A DNA stretch of 64,000 nt from an uncultured Gammaproteobacteria bacterium (GCA_964594455.1 CAZQLY010000006.1:8629-72628); one strand, 5' to 3'; numbered from the stretch's first letter, positions 37,920 through 50,035 are shown. The notes: generated by a model from the letters alone, not told the origin. Made by a program: numbers and translations.

Positions 37920-40900
37920 TTACTCTTTTTTGAAACCGGTTCCAGCTGGAATAAGCTTACCGATGATGACGTTTTCTTTTAAGCCGCGCAACATATCAAC
38001 TTTGCCGGACACCGCAGCTTCGATCAGGACACGGGCTGTTTCTTGGAAAGAAGCAGCTGAAAGGAAGCTGTCAGTAGAGAGAGAGGCTTTAGTAATACCG
38101 AGGAGCAGGAATTCTCCGTCAGCTTTTTTAGCCCCACTCTTAACTTTTTGATTAGCCTCGTTAAATTCGCTGCGAGTGACTATTTCTCCAGCCAGAAGCT
38201 CTGTATCGCCAGCGTTTTTGATATATAAACGGGAAAACATTTGTTTAACAATTACTTCAACATGCTTTTCATTCAATTTCTGTCCTTGGGAAGAATAAAT
38301 ATAACTAATTTCCTTGATAACATATTTTTGGGTGGCCTCTATACCTTTGAGGCGGAAGAGTTGATGTAGATCGACATTGCCTTCACAGAGCTGATCACCT
38401 TTTTTAACTAAAGTGTTGTCTTTGACCCAAACGCTGTGACCAACCGGTACTTGGTATTCTCGAGAACGCTGTCCAGGACGAGTTATTTTAACCTTTTTGC
38501 CTACAACTTGAACCGCACCCCCGGCTCGAGCTTTGATTTCTTGGTCTCCAACCTGAATTAACACTTCACCTTTTTTAACCTCCTGCTCATTCTTGACCTT
38601 CACCTTGGCTGTCTCACCTTGTTTTTGTGGAGCCGGAGCAGCGTAGGTGTCGGTGACTGCCTCCTCAGATACTAATTTCAGAGTAGATTGCTTGCCTTGC
38701 TGGGAAACATAAATTTGCCCATCAGCTTCAGCCAGGATAGCTGGTTTTTTAATTGGACGAGCTTCAAATAATTCTTCAACTCTAGGTAAACCTTGGGTAA
38801 TATCTAGACCAGCCACACCACCGGTATGGAAGGTTCTCATTGTTAGCTGAGTACCAGGCTCACCAATACTTTGAGCGGCGATAATACCAACGGCTACGCC
38901 ATCTTTTACCAATTCGTTATATCCCAAATCCCAGCCGTAGCATTTTTTGCAGATACCGCGAGTAGTTTTACAGGAAAGAGGCGATCGGATTATTACAGAA
39001 GGAATATCTAGCTTGTTTAACTTTTCAGCTAGCTCGCGAGTAACCAATTCATTTTTTTTCACAATAGTTTTTCCAGTCTTAGGATGCTTGATTTCTGCAG
39101 CAGCAACGCGCCCCAGCACTCTTTCGGAAATTGTTTGCCCAGCATCCTCACATTCTTCTTTGGTGACAACCAAACCCTTATCGTCTCCACAGTCATTTTC
39201 GGAAACCACCACATCCTGAGAAACGTCAATTAGACGCCTGGTTAAATAACCGGCATTGGCTGTACGTAGGGCAGTATCTGATAGACCCTTTCTAGCACCG
39301 TGAGTAGAAATGAAATATTCCAGCACCTCAAAGCCTTCTTTGAAGCTACCTTTGACGGGCAGTTCGATAATTTCACCGGCTGGATTTGTTACCAGGCCTT
39401 TCATACCCATCATCTGCGTTACCTGAGCCCAGGATCCACGAGAGCCGGATTCAATCATTGTATATACTGGACCGGCTGGGTCTAAAGTTTTACGACTTGA
39501 TTGGGTTATCAGTTCTTTGGCCTTTTCCCAAGTTTTTATGATTTTCATATAACGCTCATCTTCAGTCAACAAACCTGATTGGAAATGAGATTCAATCTCT
39601 TCAATCTCTTTTTCAGCCTTGGTAATAATATCGTATTTATCCTTCGGTACAGGCAGATCGTTCATACCCCAGCTGATACCGGAACTGGTAACGTATTTAA
39701 AGCTGGCGGTCATCAAATCGTCTAGCAGCTTAACGGTTCGCTCGGCGCCATGCTCGTTTAACATTCGGCTGGTTAAAATCCGCAAAGCCTTTTTATCCAT
39801 GGCCTCGTTAACATAATCTGCTTTTTCTGGTAATAAGCGATTAAAGATCAATCGTCCGGCGCTGGTTATCATTATTTTATTTTCCAGTCTTACTTTTAAC
39901 GGTTGCTGGAGTTTAATATTTCTCAAGTTATAAGCCAGAATAGCTTCATCAGCGGAGCTAAAGGCTTTAAGTGTTTTGGGATCGATTTCGTCTTCTTTGT
40001 TTATAAAAGTCAAATAAAAACAACCCAAGACTATGTCCTGGTTAGGCATACAAACCGGTTCGCCAGTGGCTGGTTTCAGTAAGTTCTTAGTTGAATTCAT
40101 TATCTCAGCGGCCTCCCATTTAGCCTTTTCAGTCAGAGGCACATGGACAGCCATTTGATCACCGTCAAAGTCGGCATTGAAAGCCGGACAAACAAGAGGG
40201 TGTATCTGGATAGCCTTACCTTCGATCAATATCGGTTGGAACGACTGGATACCTAAGCGGTGCAGGGTGGGAGCGCGGTTGAGCAGAACGTTGGCGTTCT
40301 TGGTGATTTCTTCCAGGATATCCCAAACTTCCGGCCGATTTGATTCGATGAAACGGCTGGCTGATCTAACATTATGAACGTATTCGCGTTGAATAAGTTG
40401 GCTGATTACAAAAGGTTTAAACAACTCTAAAGCCATCTTCTTTGGCAGGCCACATTGGCTTAAATGAAGCTTGGGTCCTACTACGATCACAGAACGGCCA
40501 GAGTAGTCAACACGTTTTCCTAGAAGGTTTTGGCGGAAACGACCCTGTTTACCCTTTAATATATCGGCAATTGATTTCAGCATTCTCTTCTGTCCGGTTG
40601 AGGCGGTGACAGTTTTGCCGTGCCGAGCACTATTATCAATCAAAGCATCTACAGCTTCCTGCAACATACGTTTTTCATTGCGGCAGATTACTTCGGGGGC
40701 ATTTAGATCATTTAGGCGTTTCAGGCGGTTGTTACGGTTAATTACCCGCCGGTATAAATCATTAAGGTCGGAAGCAGCGAACCGTCCACCATCCAATTGC
40801 ACCATTGGCCTCAAATCCGGGGGTATAATAGGCAAAACAGTTACGATCATCCATTCTGGTCTGATGCCGTTATTCTGAAGATTACGGATCAACTTCAGTC

Positions 40901-41771
40901 TTCGAACCATTTTACGACGGCGGTTAAAGGAGGCTTTTTCTATTTCTGCGTCTAGCTGTTTAGCTAAAGCATCAAATTTTACTTCAATTAGTAATTGTCG
41001 GATAGCTTCAGCGCCAATTCCAGCCTCAAAAACATGGCCGTATTTCAATGATAGGTCTTGATAAGCACTTTCGGAAATAATTAAATTTTTCTTCAAATTA
41101 CGCAATTCTTTCCTAGCTATGTCAACCATGGCTTCCAGCTCGTTGATCTTCTCTTCTTTTTGCTGGGCGTTAGCTGCTAATTCATCGTTTAGCTTTTTAC
41201 TACCTTCGGTGTTGGTATTAGCGTTGCCATGTTTCTGTCGGATTTCATTCGCCTTTCTATTAAAGTCATTTTCCAGCTGCTTCTTTTTGGATTGAGCTTC
41301 TTGATCAATCTGTTTCAAGCTTTCTTGGCGCAGATCTTCATCAACTTTCGTGATAATAAAGTTGGCAAAATATATTACCTTTTCTAGTTCCTGGGTTGAT
41401 AGATCCAAGATAAGTCCAATCTTTGAGGGAACGCCACGCAAAAACCATATATGTGAAACCGGAGCAGCCAGGTCAATGTGACCCATGCGTTCACGCCTGA
41501 CGATGCTTCTGGTGACTTCCACACCGCACTTATCGCAAATAATACCTTTATATCGAATCCTTTTATATTTACCGCAATAACATTCCCAGTCTTTGGAAGG
41601 TCCAAATATTTCTTCAGCAAAAAGACCATCTTTCTCAGGTTTCTGAGTGCGATAGTTAATGGTTTCCGGTTTGGTAACCTCACCATATGACCAGCGATGA
41701 ATGTCTTCCGGAGATGCTAACTTCAGCTTGATGGCGTTGAATTCTAAACTTGTAGCTTCTTCTTTTGGCAT
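37920..41771 (-). CDS. rpoC: DNA-directed RNA polymerase subunit beta'
   Basis: 1283 aa, NADFDGD catalytic motif, zinc-binding Cys cluster. Confidence 0.97.
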   Translation of the reverse strand: MPKEEATSLEFNAIKLKLASPEDIHRWSYGEVTKPETINYRTQKPEKDGLFAEEIFGPSKDWECYCGKYKRIRYKGIICDKCGVEVTRSIVRRERMGHIDLAAPVSHIWFLRGVPSKIGLILDLSTQELEKVIYFANFIITKVDEDLRQESLKQIDQEAQSKKKQLENDFNRKANEIRQKHGNANTNTEGSKKLNDELAANAQQKEEKINELEAMVDIARKELRNLKKNLIISESAYQDLSLKYGHVFEAGIGAEAIRQLLIEVKFDALAKQLDAEIEKASFNRRRKMVRRLKLIRNLQNNGIRPEWMIVTVLPIIPPDLRPMVQLDGGRFAASDLNDLYRRVINRNNRLKRLNDLNAPEVICRNEKRMLQEAVDALIDNSARHGKTVTASTGQKRMLKSIADILKGKQGRFRQNLLGKRVDYSGRSVIVVGPKLHLSQCGLPKKMALELFKPFVISQLIQREYVHNVRSASRFIESNRPEVWDILEEITKNANVLLNRAPTLHRLGIQSFQPILIEGKAIQIHPLVCPAFNADFDGDQMAVHVPLTEKAKWEAAEIMNSTKNLLKPATGEPVCMPNQDIVLGCFYLTFINKEDEIDPKTLKAFSSADEAILAYNLRNIKLQQPLKVRLENKIMITSAGRLIFNRLLPEKADYVNEAMDKKALRILTSRMLNEHGAERTVKLLDDLMTASFKYVTSSGISWGMNDLPVPKDKYDIITKAEKEIEEIESHFQSGLLTEDERYMKIIKTWEKAKELITQSSRKTLDPAGPVYTMIESGSRGSWAQVTQMMGMKGLVTNPAGEIIELPVKGSFKEGFEVLEYFISTHGARKGLSDTALRTANAGYLTRRLIDVSQDVVVSENDCGDDKGLVVTKEECEDAGQTISERVLGRVAAAEIKHPKTGKTIVKKNELVTRELAEKLNKLDIPSVIIRSPLSCKTTRGICKKCYGWDLGYNELVKDGVAVGIIAAQSIGEPGTQLTMRTFHTGGVAGLDITQGLPRVEELFEARPIKKPAILAEADGQIYVSQQGKQSTLKLVSEEAVTDTYAAPAPQKQGETAKVKVKNEQEVKKGEVLIQVGDQEIKARAGGAVQVVGKKVKITRPGQRSREYQVPVGHSVWVKDNTLVKKGDQLCEGNVDLHQLFRLKGIEATQKYVIKEISYIYSSQGQKLNEKHVEVIVKQMFSRLYIKNAGDTELLAGEIVTRSEFNEANQKVKSGAKKADGEFLLLGITKASLSTDSFLSAASFQETARVLIEAAVSGKVDMLRGLKENVIIGKLIPAGTGFKKE

Positions 41772-41777
41772 AATGTA

Positions 41778-44700
41778 TTATTTCTTACCTTTGGACTCTT
41801 TTTTCTTGGGAGGTTCTTTCTTGGTATCTTTTTTTACTGTCTCGGATTCTTCTTTTGGTTCAGACGTTTCTTTGTCTTTCTCTGTAAATTCAACACCGCT
41901 GCCAATAAGATCCACATCCAAACCCAAGCCCTTGAGTTCACGTACTAAGACATTGAAGGATTCCGGAACGTTTATTTTCTTAATTGATTCACCCTTGATG
42001 ATTGCTTCATAGGCTTTTGATCGGCCAGGCACATCGTCTGATTTGATAGTTAGCATTTCTTGCAAAGTATGAGCTGCGCCATAAGCTTCCAGAGCCCAGA
42101 CTTCCATCTCACCAAAGCGTTGACCACCAAACTGAGCTTTACCGCCCAGAGGCTGTTGGGTGACTAGTGAATATGGTCCGATTGAGCGTTGATGGATTTT
42201 GTCTTCAACCAAGTGATTCAGCTTCATCATGTAGATATATCCTACCGCAACTTTCTGGTCAAAAGGCTCACCAGTTCGACCATCGTAGAGAGATACTTTT
42301 CCGTCTTCAGGTAAACCAGCTCTCTTTAATTCAGCGCTGATTTGAGTATCTTCGATTCCATTTAAAACCGGAGTAGCTACTTTATAACCCAGTTTCTTAG
42401 CAGCAAACCCGATATGAGTTTCCAGTATCTGGCCCAGATTCATACGAGAAACAACACCCAGCGGGTTCAAGATTATGTCTACTGGGGTTCCATCTTCTAA
42501 ATACGGTAAATCTTCGGATGGAACGACTCGAGAGATAACGCCTTTATTGCCGTGGCGACCAGCCAGCTTGTCTCCAACCTGTACTTTTCTCAGCTGGGCA
42601 ACTGAAACCTGGATAGTCTTGATCACACCGGCCGGGAGCTTGTCACCATTCTCTTTGGAGAAGATCTTGATATCAACCACTTTACCGTGCTCACCATGCT
42701 CTAAATAGAGCGAGCTGTCTTTTACGTCTTTAGCTTTTTCACCGAATATGGCGCGGAGTAGTTTTTCTTCAGCAGAAAGTTCAGTTTCACCTTTGGGAGT
42801 TATTTTACCCACCAGAATATCACCTGAGGCTACTTCAGCTCCGATGCGGACAACGCCTTCTTCATCCAAATCTTTAAGCTTTTCCTCACTGACATTGGGT
42901 ATGTCCCTGGTCACAACCTCTGGCCCTAGCTTGGTGTCGCGCACATCAACGGAGTAGTCTTCAATATGAATAGATGATAGTTTGTCGCTCTGGACTAAAC
43001 GTTCAGAAAGCAGGATGGCGTCTTCATAGTTTCCACCTTCCCAAGGAATAAAGGCGACTAAGATGTTTTGACCCAGGGCTAATTCACCATGATCGGTGGA
43101 AGCCCCATCAGCTAAAACATCGCCTTTTTTTACTTTTTGTCCTTTATCGACGAGGGCTCGCTGACTCATACAGGTAGCTGCATTTGATCTTACGAAATTC
43201 CCTAGGGGATAAGTGTGTAATTTATTATCATTATCCATGACCTGAATCTCTGAGGCTTGTACTTTTGTTACTGTTCCATCGGTCTTGGTTAAAATCACGT
43301 GGCCTGAATCTTGAGCAGCTCTGGCTTCAACTCCGGTTCCGACGATAGGAGAGTCTGGTTTAATGCAGGAAACGGCCTGGCGTTGCATGTTTGTACCCAT
43401 CAAGGCGCGAGAAGCATCATCGTGTTCTAAGAACGGGATCAATGAAGTGGCAATACTCACGATCTGTTTTGGTGAAATGGCCATGAAATCAATCTCAGTA
43501 GTGGGGGAGATGGCTGGTTCACCACTGCGTCTTACTTCGGCTCGGTCAAAAGCTAAATAATTCTCGTTATCTAGAGGGGTAGTCGCAGCAGTGGTTACGT
43601 ATTGTTCCTCTTCAAAAGCGTCTAGGTAGATAATCTCATCTGTTACTCGTGGTGCCAACGGAACCATTTCTAAATCAGTTTGGGTCAAATCTTTGGCCTG
43701 TTTTTCTGTTATTACTTCATTCTTTTTAACTATAATATTGCCGTTGGCGTCTTTAATATCTTCTCGACTGCGTAAGCCAACAGCCACTTTGCCATCATTC
43801 TTAACCTCTCGAACTACTTTTCTATAAGGAGTTTCAATAAAGCCAAAGTCATTAACCCGGGCATAGCTGGTCAGATGACCGACTAAACCGATGTTGGGAC
43901 CTTCTGGTGTAGCAATCGGACAAATTCTACCGTAGTGAGTTCGGTGTACGTCGCGAACATCAAACCCAGCTCTTTCGCGAGAAAGACCACCCGGACCCAT
44001 AGCAGAAAGCCTTCTCTTGTGCTCCAGCTCAGCCAACGGATTTGTTTGATCCATGAATTGAGAAAGCTGAGAAGACATAAAGAATTCTTTAACCGCGCCC
44101 ATTACCGGTCGAGCATTGATCAACTGGCTGGGGGTTAGGGTATTTATGTCCATTGTACTCATGCGATCCCGGACAATACGCTCCATGCGAGCTAAACCTA
44201 CTCTGAATTTATTCTGTACCAATTCGCCAATAGCTCGGACACGGCGATTTCCTAAGTGGTCTATATCATCAGCCTCTTTTTGAGACTTATTTAATCGAAT
44301 GATTTCGCTAATTATAGAGATTAGATCTTCACGTCTGAGTACGCGGGTCTCTTTGTTGTTAGGAATATTGAATTCAAAACGCTGATTTAATTTGTATCGG
44401 CCCACGCGACCGAAGTCGTAGCGATCAAATGAGAAAAACATCTTATAAATAAGGTCACGAGCATTGTCGACGGTGGCCAAATCACCTGGGCGGATCCTTT
44501 TGTAAACTTCTTTCAATCCGTCAGCCTCGGAACGGGCAGTATCTTTTGCGATAGTCTGGTCGATGTAGCGCGTATCAGGATCAGTATCAACCTCTTTAAA
44601 CAGGCTTCGGATTTCTTCATCACCGCCGTAGCCAAAAGCTCGCAGCAAGCTAGTGACGGCTACTTTTCTTTTACGATCTATTTTTACAGAAACAACATTG

Positions 44701-45221
44701 TTGTAGTCAGTTTCGAGTTCCAGCCAGGCGCCACGGTTCGGGATTATCTTGGCACCATAGTATTTTTTTCCGCGATAAAATTCTGAAGTGAAAAAAACAC
44801 CAGCCGATCTAATTAGCTGGGACACCACAACACGTTCAATTCCATTAACAATAAATGTTCCGCGGTCAGTCATCAGAGGGAAATCGCCTAAATAAACTTC
44901 TTGCTCTTTAATTTCACCAGTCTTTTTATTCACTAAACGGCAATTTACACGGAGAGCGGCCTCGTAAGTCAAGTTCTTGGCTTTGGCTGTTAACTCATCA
45001 AAACGCGGTTCATCCAAATAGTATTTATCAAAGTATAACTCAAGATTCCGGCCCATATATTCTTGGACCGGCGAGATCTCTTCAAAAAGCTCTTTTAAGC
45101 CTTCACGAAAGAACCAGTCATAGGATTTACGCTGGATTTCGATGAGATTTGATAAAGGGAGGACTTCGCGAAGCGGGTTAAAGAACTTGCGCTCCGCTTT
45201 TAAGGTATTGTTATGAGACAT
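41778..45221 (-). CDS. rpoB: DNA-directed RNA polymerase subunit beta
   Basis: 1147 aa, conserved RpoB regions. Confidence 0.97.
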   Translation of the reverse strand: MSHNNTLKAERKFFNPLREVLPLSNLIEIQRKSYDWFFREGLKELFEEISPVQEYMGRNLELYFDKYYLDEPRFDELTAKAKNLTYEAALRVNCRLVNKKTGEIKEQEVYLGDFPLMTDRGTFIVNGIERVVVSQLIRSAGVFFTSEFYRGKKYYGAKIIPNRGAWLELETDYNNVVSVKIDRKRKVAVTSLLRAFGYGGDEEIRSLFKEVDTDPDTRYIDQTIAKDTARSEADGLKEVYKRIRPGDLATVDNARDLIYKMFFSFDRYDFGRVGRYKLNQRFEFNIPNNKETRVLRREDLISIISEIIRLNKSQKEADDIDHLGNRRVRAIGELVQNKFRVGLARMERIVRDRMSTMDINTLTPSQLINARPVMGAVKEFFMSSQLSQFMDQTNPLAELEHKRRLSAMGPGGLSRERAGFDVRDVHRTHYGRICPIATPEGPNIGLVGHLTSYARVNDFGFIETPYRKVVREVKNDGKVAVGLRSREDIKDANGNIIVKKNEVITEKQAKDLTQTDLEMVPLAPRVTDEIIYLDAFEEEQYVTTAATTPLDNENYLAFDRAEVRRSGEPAISPTTEIDFMAISPKQIVSIATSLIPFLEHDDASRALMGTNMQRQAVSCIKPDSPIVGTGVEARAAQDSGHVILTKTDGTVTKVQASEIQVMDNDNKLHTYPLGNFVRSNAATCMSQRALVDKGQKVKKGDVLADGASTDHGELALGQNILVAFIPWEGGNYEDAILLSERLVQSDKLSSIHIEDYSVDVRDTKLGPEVVTRDIPNVSEEKLKDLDEEGVVRIGAEVASGDILVGKITPKGETELSAEEKLLRAIFGEKAKDVKDSSLYLEHGEHGKVVDIKIFSKENGDKLPAGVIKTIQVSVAQLRKVQVGDKLAGRHGNKGVISRVVPSEDLPYLEDGTPVDIILNPLGVVSRMNLGQILETHIGFAAKKLGYKVATPVLNGIEDTQISAELKRAGLPEDGKVSLYDGRTGEPFDQKVAVGYIYMMKLNHLVEDKIHQRSIGPYSLVTQQPLGGKAQFGGQRFGEMEVWALEAYGAAHTLQEMLTIKSDDVPGRSKAYEAIIKGESIKKINVPESFNVLVRELKGLGLDVDLIGSGVEFTEKDKETSEPKEESETVKKDTKKEPPKKKESKGKK

Positions 45222-45344
45222 ACAAACCTGGCCCCTCTCCTAGTCATGCACCTAGTCATGTGGAGATGGGAACCTAGAACTTGGGTAAAGCTCCTAAATA
45301 TTTCGTAAGTTAACCCCAAATACGGGGTAAAAAGTCATGAGTTG

Positions 45345-45372
45345 ATAATAACACTATTTTTTGAGTTGTCAA
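45345..45372 (-). promoter_or_regulatory. Candidate sigma70 promoter for rpoBC (TTGACA-16-TATTAT on the minus strand)
   Basis: Complement of tgtcaa at 45367-45372 and ataata at 45345-45350. Leader of about 115 nt includes a 10-nt tandem repeat (ctagtcatgcacctagtcatg) next to the SD. Confidence 0.35.
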
Positions 45373-45496
45373 GAATGTAGGTGAAAATTGCCATTTATCT
45401 AGTATATTCCCTTAAACTAGCCGTAAAAAGGCATTTATTTGAACCAATGTCTATTTGTTTATACACTTTATTTTTACATCTTATCCACAGTTTATA

Positions 45497-45535
45497 AAAA
45501 AACCAGGTCGTTATTAGGCCTGGTTTTTATATATA
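45497..45535. terminator. Bidirectional hairpin terminator (CCAGG...CCTGG with A7/T5 flanks) downstream of the giant-protein gene
   Basis: Separates giant gene 1 from the rpoB promoter region. Confidence 0.45.
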
Positions 45536-45546
45536 ATCAGCTTTGA

Positions 45547-48500
45547 CTAGAAAGCCGGGGAATCACCTACATAACAGCGGCATTCTTGGCACCAATAGTT
45601 AGTGTTAGAGGTTTGCCAGTATATAGGAGCGCTGGTAACGCGCCACGCGTGGTTACCGGATCCGGATTGACGGCTGACGCAGGTGCCACTATCTTTTTCA
45701 AATCCGAACGCTTCACAAGCATGACGACACTGAATGTGCTGACTTGAATCATCCAGGGCATAGTCATTACCGCCTATATTGAGTGAAATAGCTCGTAGAG
45801 TAACGCTTTTTCTTACGCCGTCATCTCCAACATAACAATTATTTCTGTCCAAAAAGGCATAATTTGACTGTGCGGAGTTGGTATAAACAACAACGCTTTG
45901 AGGTGGACACTGAGCTCCATAATATATATCGCCGTTCCAGGTTATATCTCCAGTAATATTCACCGGCCCATCAAAATAACCAGCCCATTCACCAGTACCG
46001 CCCGTACCGTCAGAACCATAGATAGCAGCACAGTTGCCGCTACTGCAAGTTACACCATTTAGTTCACCATATACAGCGCTGCCTCGGCTAGTGCCAGACT
46101 TGTATCCTGATACGGCATTGTAACGCGCAGAGTCATTTGAGTTATTATAGGACTCAATAGTATTTCCAAGAGAGTAATGCGCTGAATCCAAGCCCACTTC
46201 TAATAATGGTTGATCATTCCAGTTAGAATCTGTTGTCCGAGGAATTCTTACACCACCGTAGCGCAGGATGCCTAGTCTTTCAGAACTGTTTGTTAGCATA
46301 AATATTGGTGCAGTGGAATTGGTGCGGATATATAGGTTACCTGAGCTGTCATAGATTTGATTATCGGAATCGTGTATGTACAGAGTATTTTCTATTTCAA
46401 CATTACCATTGTCATGGACTACTAATTGATCGTTTGCATTATTGGCACCGATCCTAACATCTTTGCTGGCTCCGGCCAGAATGTACAAATCCGAAGACCC
46501 GGAATATATATTAGCTCCGTTACCACCAGTGAACTCTAGCTCATAAGTGCTGTTGGTACCTATTTTTAATGCCACCCCACTTGAAGGCTCATTGATGTGC
46601 AGTTTTGCCGAAGGATCAGTTGTGTCTAAACCGATGTCGCCGGTACCTTCTTCTATATACATAATAGTGCTAGCCGCTTCGGAATAAATCTTGAAGTCCC
46701 GACTAGCCGTATATAAGTTGTTTATAGCACCCCAAGCACCCAAGGACAGCATGGAAGTTGGAGTGCCAGCAGAACCAAAGTTTATCTGAGGTCCCGATCC
46801 CTGACCACCTTGAGCAAGCTGTACCCCATAAGAACCGTTCTCAGATCTGATATATCCCTCGGCGTGTAGTTTTACTACTGGACTTGATTCACCAACACCA
46901 AGATCTCCCATAACAATAACATCATTATCTGCGTTAGACACATCTCCCAACCAAATACTATCTGCCCATCCATTACCAGCAACATCAATATGAGCGCGGC
47001 TGTCAGTATCGCTGATGCCCAGCTTTAATTCATGCCCATTATTAACCAGCCTAATTTGCCCCCCTACAAAATGAAAGTCTGTTTGAGGATTATTTGTTCC
47101 AAAGCCCATCTGGGTGCCGTTATCAAATATCCTAGAATTGCCAATTGTATCGGAGTCAATAAATTTTGATATATAATTGGCTGTTCCGCTACCGTCTATT
47201 CCGGTACTACCGCCGCCTCTATCTTCAGCACAGATTAGGTAACCATTAGCGTCTGCGTCTACTGTATAATCACCGGTACAACTACTGCCGGCCAAGCTGG
47301 CAATACGAACGTTGCCAGAGTTATTTATCCTGACGGCCTCAGTGTTTCCGCTGCCCATATATAAATTTCCTAATTCATAATTCCAGAGGTAAGCTTGGTT
47401 TGAATGATATGATACTTCCAAACCATCAGCCGAACCGCTTCCTGAACCGCTGTTTTGGATCAGTATAATTGAGGGATCAGTATTTCCATAAACAGCCAGC
47501 TTGGCTTGGGGAGACGGGGTGCCGATGCCCACCTTGCCGTCATTGGTAATTCTCAAACGCTCAGCTAAATGAGGGTTTGTATCGCCACCAAAGTTTCCTT
47601 CGCCAGTCAAAAAGGTGATTACGCTGGTCATGCCTATGCGTGTACCCCTGGAAGGATTACCTCCACCACCATTATAAGCACCACTTGGATTAACGAATAC
47701 ATATTCACTGCCGTTGTATTTTATGTTTCCACCGATATAAGTGTTCCCGCCACTATCTGTACCAAGCTGCTGATAGGTTCTAATTCCAACTAATCCAGAA
47801 AAATAAGCCGCATATCCATTCCAGTTACTCTGTTCACCGTAGATAGCTGAATTGATAGAGTTGTTCTTCACAGCTAGCTGGGTGTTGTCTCCTGCGCCGG
47901 ACCAGCCGATCCTGACTTTGGTGGTGTTGGGGGTTTTGGGATTGATGTTGTCACCTTGAGTGCCTTCCCAGAGACCAAAACCAGTACCATTTATCCTTAA
48001 ATTAACCGCTTGATTAGTGCCTGCACCACCCAGTTGTTCGACTAGAATACTGGCATCACTTGATGTAAGCTTACTTAGTAGAAAATTGTCAGCACTGTCA
48101 GTGCCGGAAACTTTTACTGTTTTTGTATCTACACCGCCGCCACCACCGTCATCAGGTTCGCAGGTAACATCCGTTACTATACCGCCGTTAACGGTTATAG
48201 TACTTACCACGTTATCGTTACCGCTACAATACGGAGAGGCAGAAGCTCCAGCTACACCGTTGTGTCGGTAGACAAAGCCGGTTTGGACGTTAACATCACC
48301 GTTGACATCAAGTTTATAAGAAGGAGAACCATCATTGATACCAACATCTCCGGTAGCATCTTCAATAGCGAAAACATTGGTACTGGCATCATTGAGAATG
48401 TTAAAGTCGCCCGAGGTGTCTATATCGATATCAAAATATTCACCACCCGAGGTTTCTTCCAGCCTTAAGTTTTTGTTACCAGAACCAACTATGGCAAATT

Positions 48501-49956
48501 TACCCGAAAAGTACCCAGAATAACCTGTTCCTGATTGTTGGCCGTAAATAGCTGAGTTGTCAGAGGTATTGATTACTGACAACTGGGTAGCATCGCCTGC
48601 TCCAGACCAACCGATTCTAACCTTGGTAGCGGCCGGAGTGACTGGGTTGATATTGTTTCCAGCCGTTCCTTCCCATAAGCCTGAACCTCCAGTAGATGAA
48701 ATTTGAACTCCATAGTAACCCGCTCCTTGGTCTACTTCGGTTAACGTAACGTTAGCACCGGCAACGAGCTTGTTATTGCCAATATCAAGAGGGTCATAGA
48801 GATAACCAGCATTAGAATCGCCAGCCTTAGTTTTTACCAGTACATCTGTGCCGCCGCCAGCGTCGTTTACCAGAACAACGTTGCCATTTGCATCTACCGA
48901 CAAGACCGTGCCTGAGCCAACACCGCCAGGTGAGGCGCTGGTCAGATTAGTGAACCTCACGCCGCTGGCATTAGCTACTCCGCTGTCAATTTCCAAGGCT
49001 TCATTGGGAGCATCAGTTCCTATTCCCACCTTATTATCATCAATTACTAATGTTTCAGTAGCACCATCACTGATAATCTTTACTCCATTGCCGCCGCCAG
49101 CATTGATCTGAAACCAGCCGTTTTCATTAGTGAGATAGGTTAGCTTTGAATTAGTAGTGTCTTCAAGTAAAATCCCTTGACCCACCTCCCCAGCAATATG
49201 TAGTTTCATTTGAGCCAGTTGTGTGCCAACGCCGACGTTTCTTTGAGTAGCAGTTTCATCTAGATAAACCACATCCGGATCAGGTGCGGCGTTAAGAATC
49301 CACAGACCCCCACCGGTAGCCCAAGAGGCAATGCAGGTAGAGTCATCTCCTGGATCGTTTAAACATAACCTAGTTGGGGTAGCCACGTTACCAAAGTATA
49401 CGTTTTCAGCTTGCCCGCCAGCACCGTCATCGTAGTTGATATAGAGAGGGGCTCCGGTCGATTTGATATCAGATCCCGCATCAGCAGTATTAGATTTCAT
49501 GATTAATATCTTTCCACCTGAATTATCAATAGTTATTTCCCCTGGATTGAGCCCAGCGTTAGTGACAACAACGCCGCTCTGCAAGGTTATCTTGCTGCCA
49601 GCGTTTTCGCCAGGGGACACATACAATACATCAGTGGCATGCTCAATATGTGGATTGGCAGTGCTATCGTCTAGGTCAGACCAGAACAAGCCTTTATCGC
49701 TTTGGCTGAAAAAAAGATTGCCTGTATTAACATATAGGTATTCGCCCCCGACCGTTAAACTGCCCTGCTTAGTTTGAGCAGAACCTGATACATTAATTGG
49801 TGCGGCTACATTACCGCCCGGTGGGGGGGAAACCGGTGAACTCCACTCGGCTTGGGCTATTTTTGCCCCGACTAGACCGAGTATACAAAATAAGGCCACT
49901 ACTAGCATTATTTTTAATGGCAGAATGGCCCGATCAGAGTGTTTAATTGTTTTCAT
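45547..49956 (-). CDS. Giant secreted surface protein (about 1470 aa) with tail-fibre-like Gly/Ser/Thr/Asn-rich repeats and a Cys-rich C-terminal domain
   Basis: Signal peptide MKTIKHS...GAKIAQA/EW. Repeated [D/N]VGIGTxxPxxKL[H/D]V-type motifs. Internal duplication. Start set at the internal Met before the signal peptide. Confidence 0.85.
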   Translation of the reverse strand: MKTIKHSDRAILPLKIMLVVALFCILGLVGAKIAQAEWSSPVSPPPGGNVAAPINVSGSAQTKQGSLTVGGEYLYVNTGNLFFSQSDKGLFWSDLDDSTANPHIEHATDVLYVSPGENAGSKITLQSGVVVTNAGLNPGEITIDNSGGKILIMKSNTADAGSDIKSTGAPLYINYDDGAGGQAENVYFGNVATPTRLCLNDPGDDSTCIASWATGGGLWILNAAPDPDVVYLDETATQRNVGVGTQLAQMKLHIAGEVGQGILLEDTTNSKLTYLTNENGWFQINAGGGNGVKIISDGATETLVIDDNKVGIGTDAPNEALEIDSGVANASGVRFTNLTSASPGGVGSGTVLSVDANGNVVLVNDAGGGTDVLVKTKAGDSNAGYLYDPLDIGNNKLVAGANVTLTEVDQGAGYYGVQISSTGGSGLWEGTAGNNINPVTPAATKVRIGWSGAGDATQLSVINTSDNSAIYGQQSGTGYSGYFSGKFAIVGSGNKNLRLEETSGGEYFDIDIDTSGDFNILNDASTNVFAIEDATGDVGINDGSPSYKLDVNGDVNVQTGFVYRHNGVAGASASPYCSGNDNVVSTITVNGGIVTDVTCEPDDGGGGGVDTKTVKVSGTDSADNFLLSKLTSSDASILVEQLGGAGTNQAVNLRINGTGFGLWEGTQGDNINPKTPNTTKVRIGWSGAGDNTQLAVKNNSINSAIYGEQSNWNGYAAYFSGLVGIRTYQQLGTDSGGNTYIGGNIKYNGSEYVFVNPSGAYNGGGGNPSRGTRIGMTSVITFLTGEGNFGGDTNPHLAERLRITNDGKVGIGTPSPQAKLAVYGNTDPSIILIQNSGSGSGSADGLEVSYHSNQAYLWNYELGNLYMGSGNTEAVRINNSGNVRIASLAGSSCTGDYTVDADANGYLICAEDRGGGSTGIDGSGTANYISKFIDSDTIGNSRIFDNGTQMGFGTNNPQTDFHFVGGQIRLVNNGHELKLGISDTDSRAHIDVAGNGWADSIWLGDVSNADNDVIVMGDLGVGESSPVVKLHAEGYIRSENGSYGVQLAQGGQGSGPQINFGSAGTPTSMLSLGAWGAINNLYTASRDFKIYSEAASTIMYIEEGTGDIGLDTTDPSAKLHINEPSSGVALKIGTNSTYELEFTGGNGANIYSGSSDLYILAGASKDVRIGANNANDQLVVHDNGNVEIENTLYIHDSDNQIYDSSGNLYIRTNSTAPIFMLTNSSERLGILRYGGVRIPRTTDSNWNDQPLLEVGLDSAHYSLGNTIESYNNSNDSARYNAVSGYKSGTSRGSAVYGELNGVTCSSGNCAAIYGSDGTGGTGEWAGYFDGPVNITGDITWNGDIYYGAQCPPQSVVVYTNSAQSNYAFLDRNNCYVGDDGVRKSVTLRAISLNIGGNDYALDDSSQHIQCRHACEAFGFEKDSGTCVSRQSGSGNHAWRVTSAPIYWQTSNTNYWCQECRCYVGDSPAF

Positions 49957-50035
49957 TGTATTGGTGATAAAAGTTAAAAGATGGTAACTAAAAATCACCC
50001 TTTATTATACTAAAAACTGTCTGTTAATACAAAAC

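Noticed and set aside
45238-45259. 10-nt tandem direct repeat (ctagtcatg cacctagtcatg) in the rpoB leader as a possible mobile-element target-site duplication
   Set aside because: Only two short copies and no element between them. More likely a slippage duplication or an operator. Kept only as a minor note inside the rpoB-leader finding.
48335-48523. Near-identical 62-aa plus-strand ORFs at 48335-48523 and 53171-53359
   Set aside because: These are antisense to the giant surface-protein genes. They simply reflect a conserved paralogous nucleotide block and are not separate genes.
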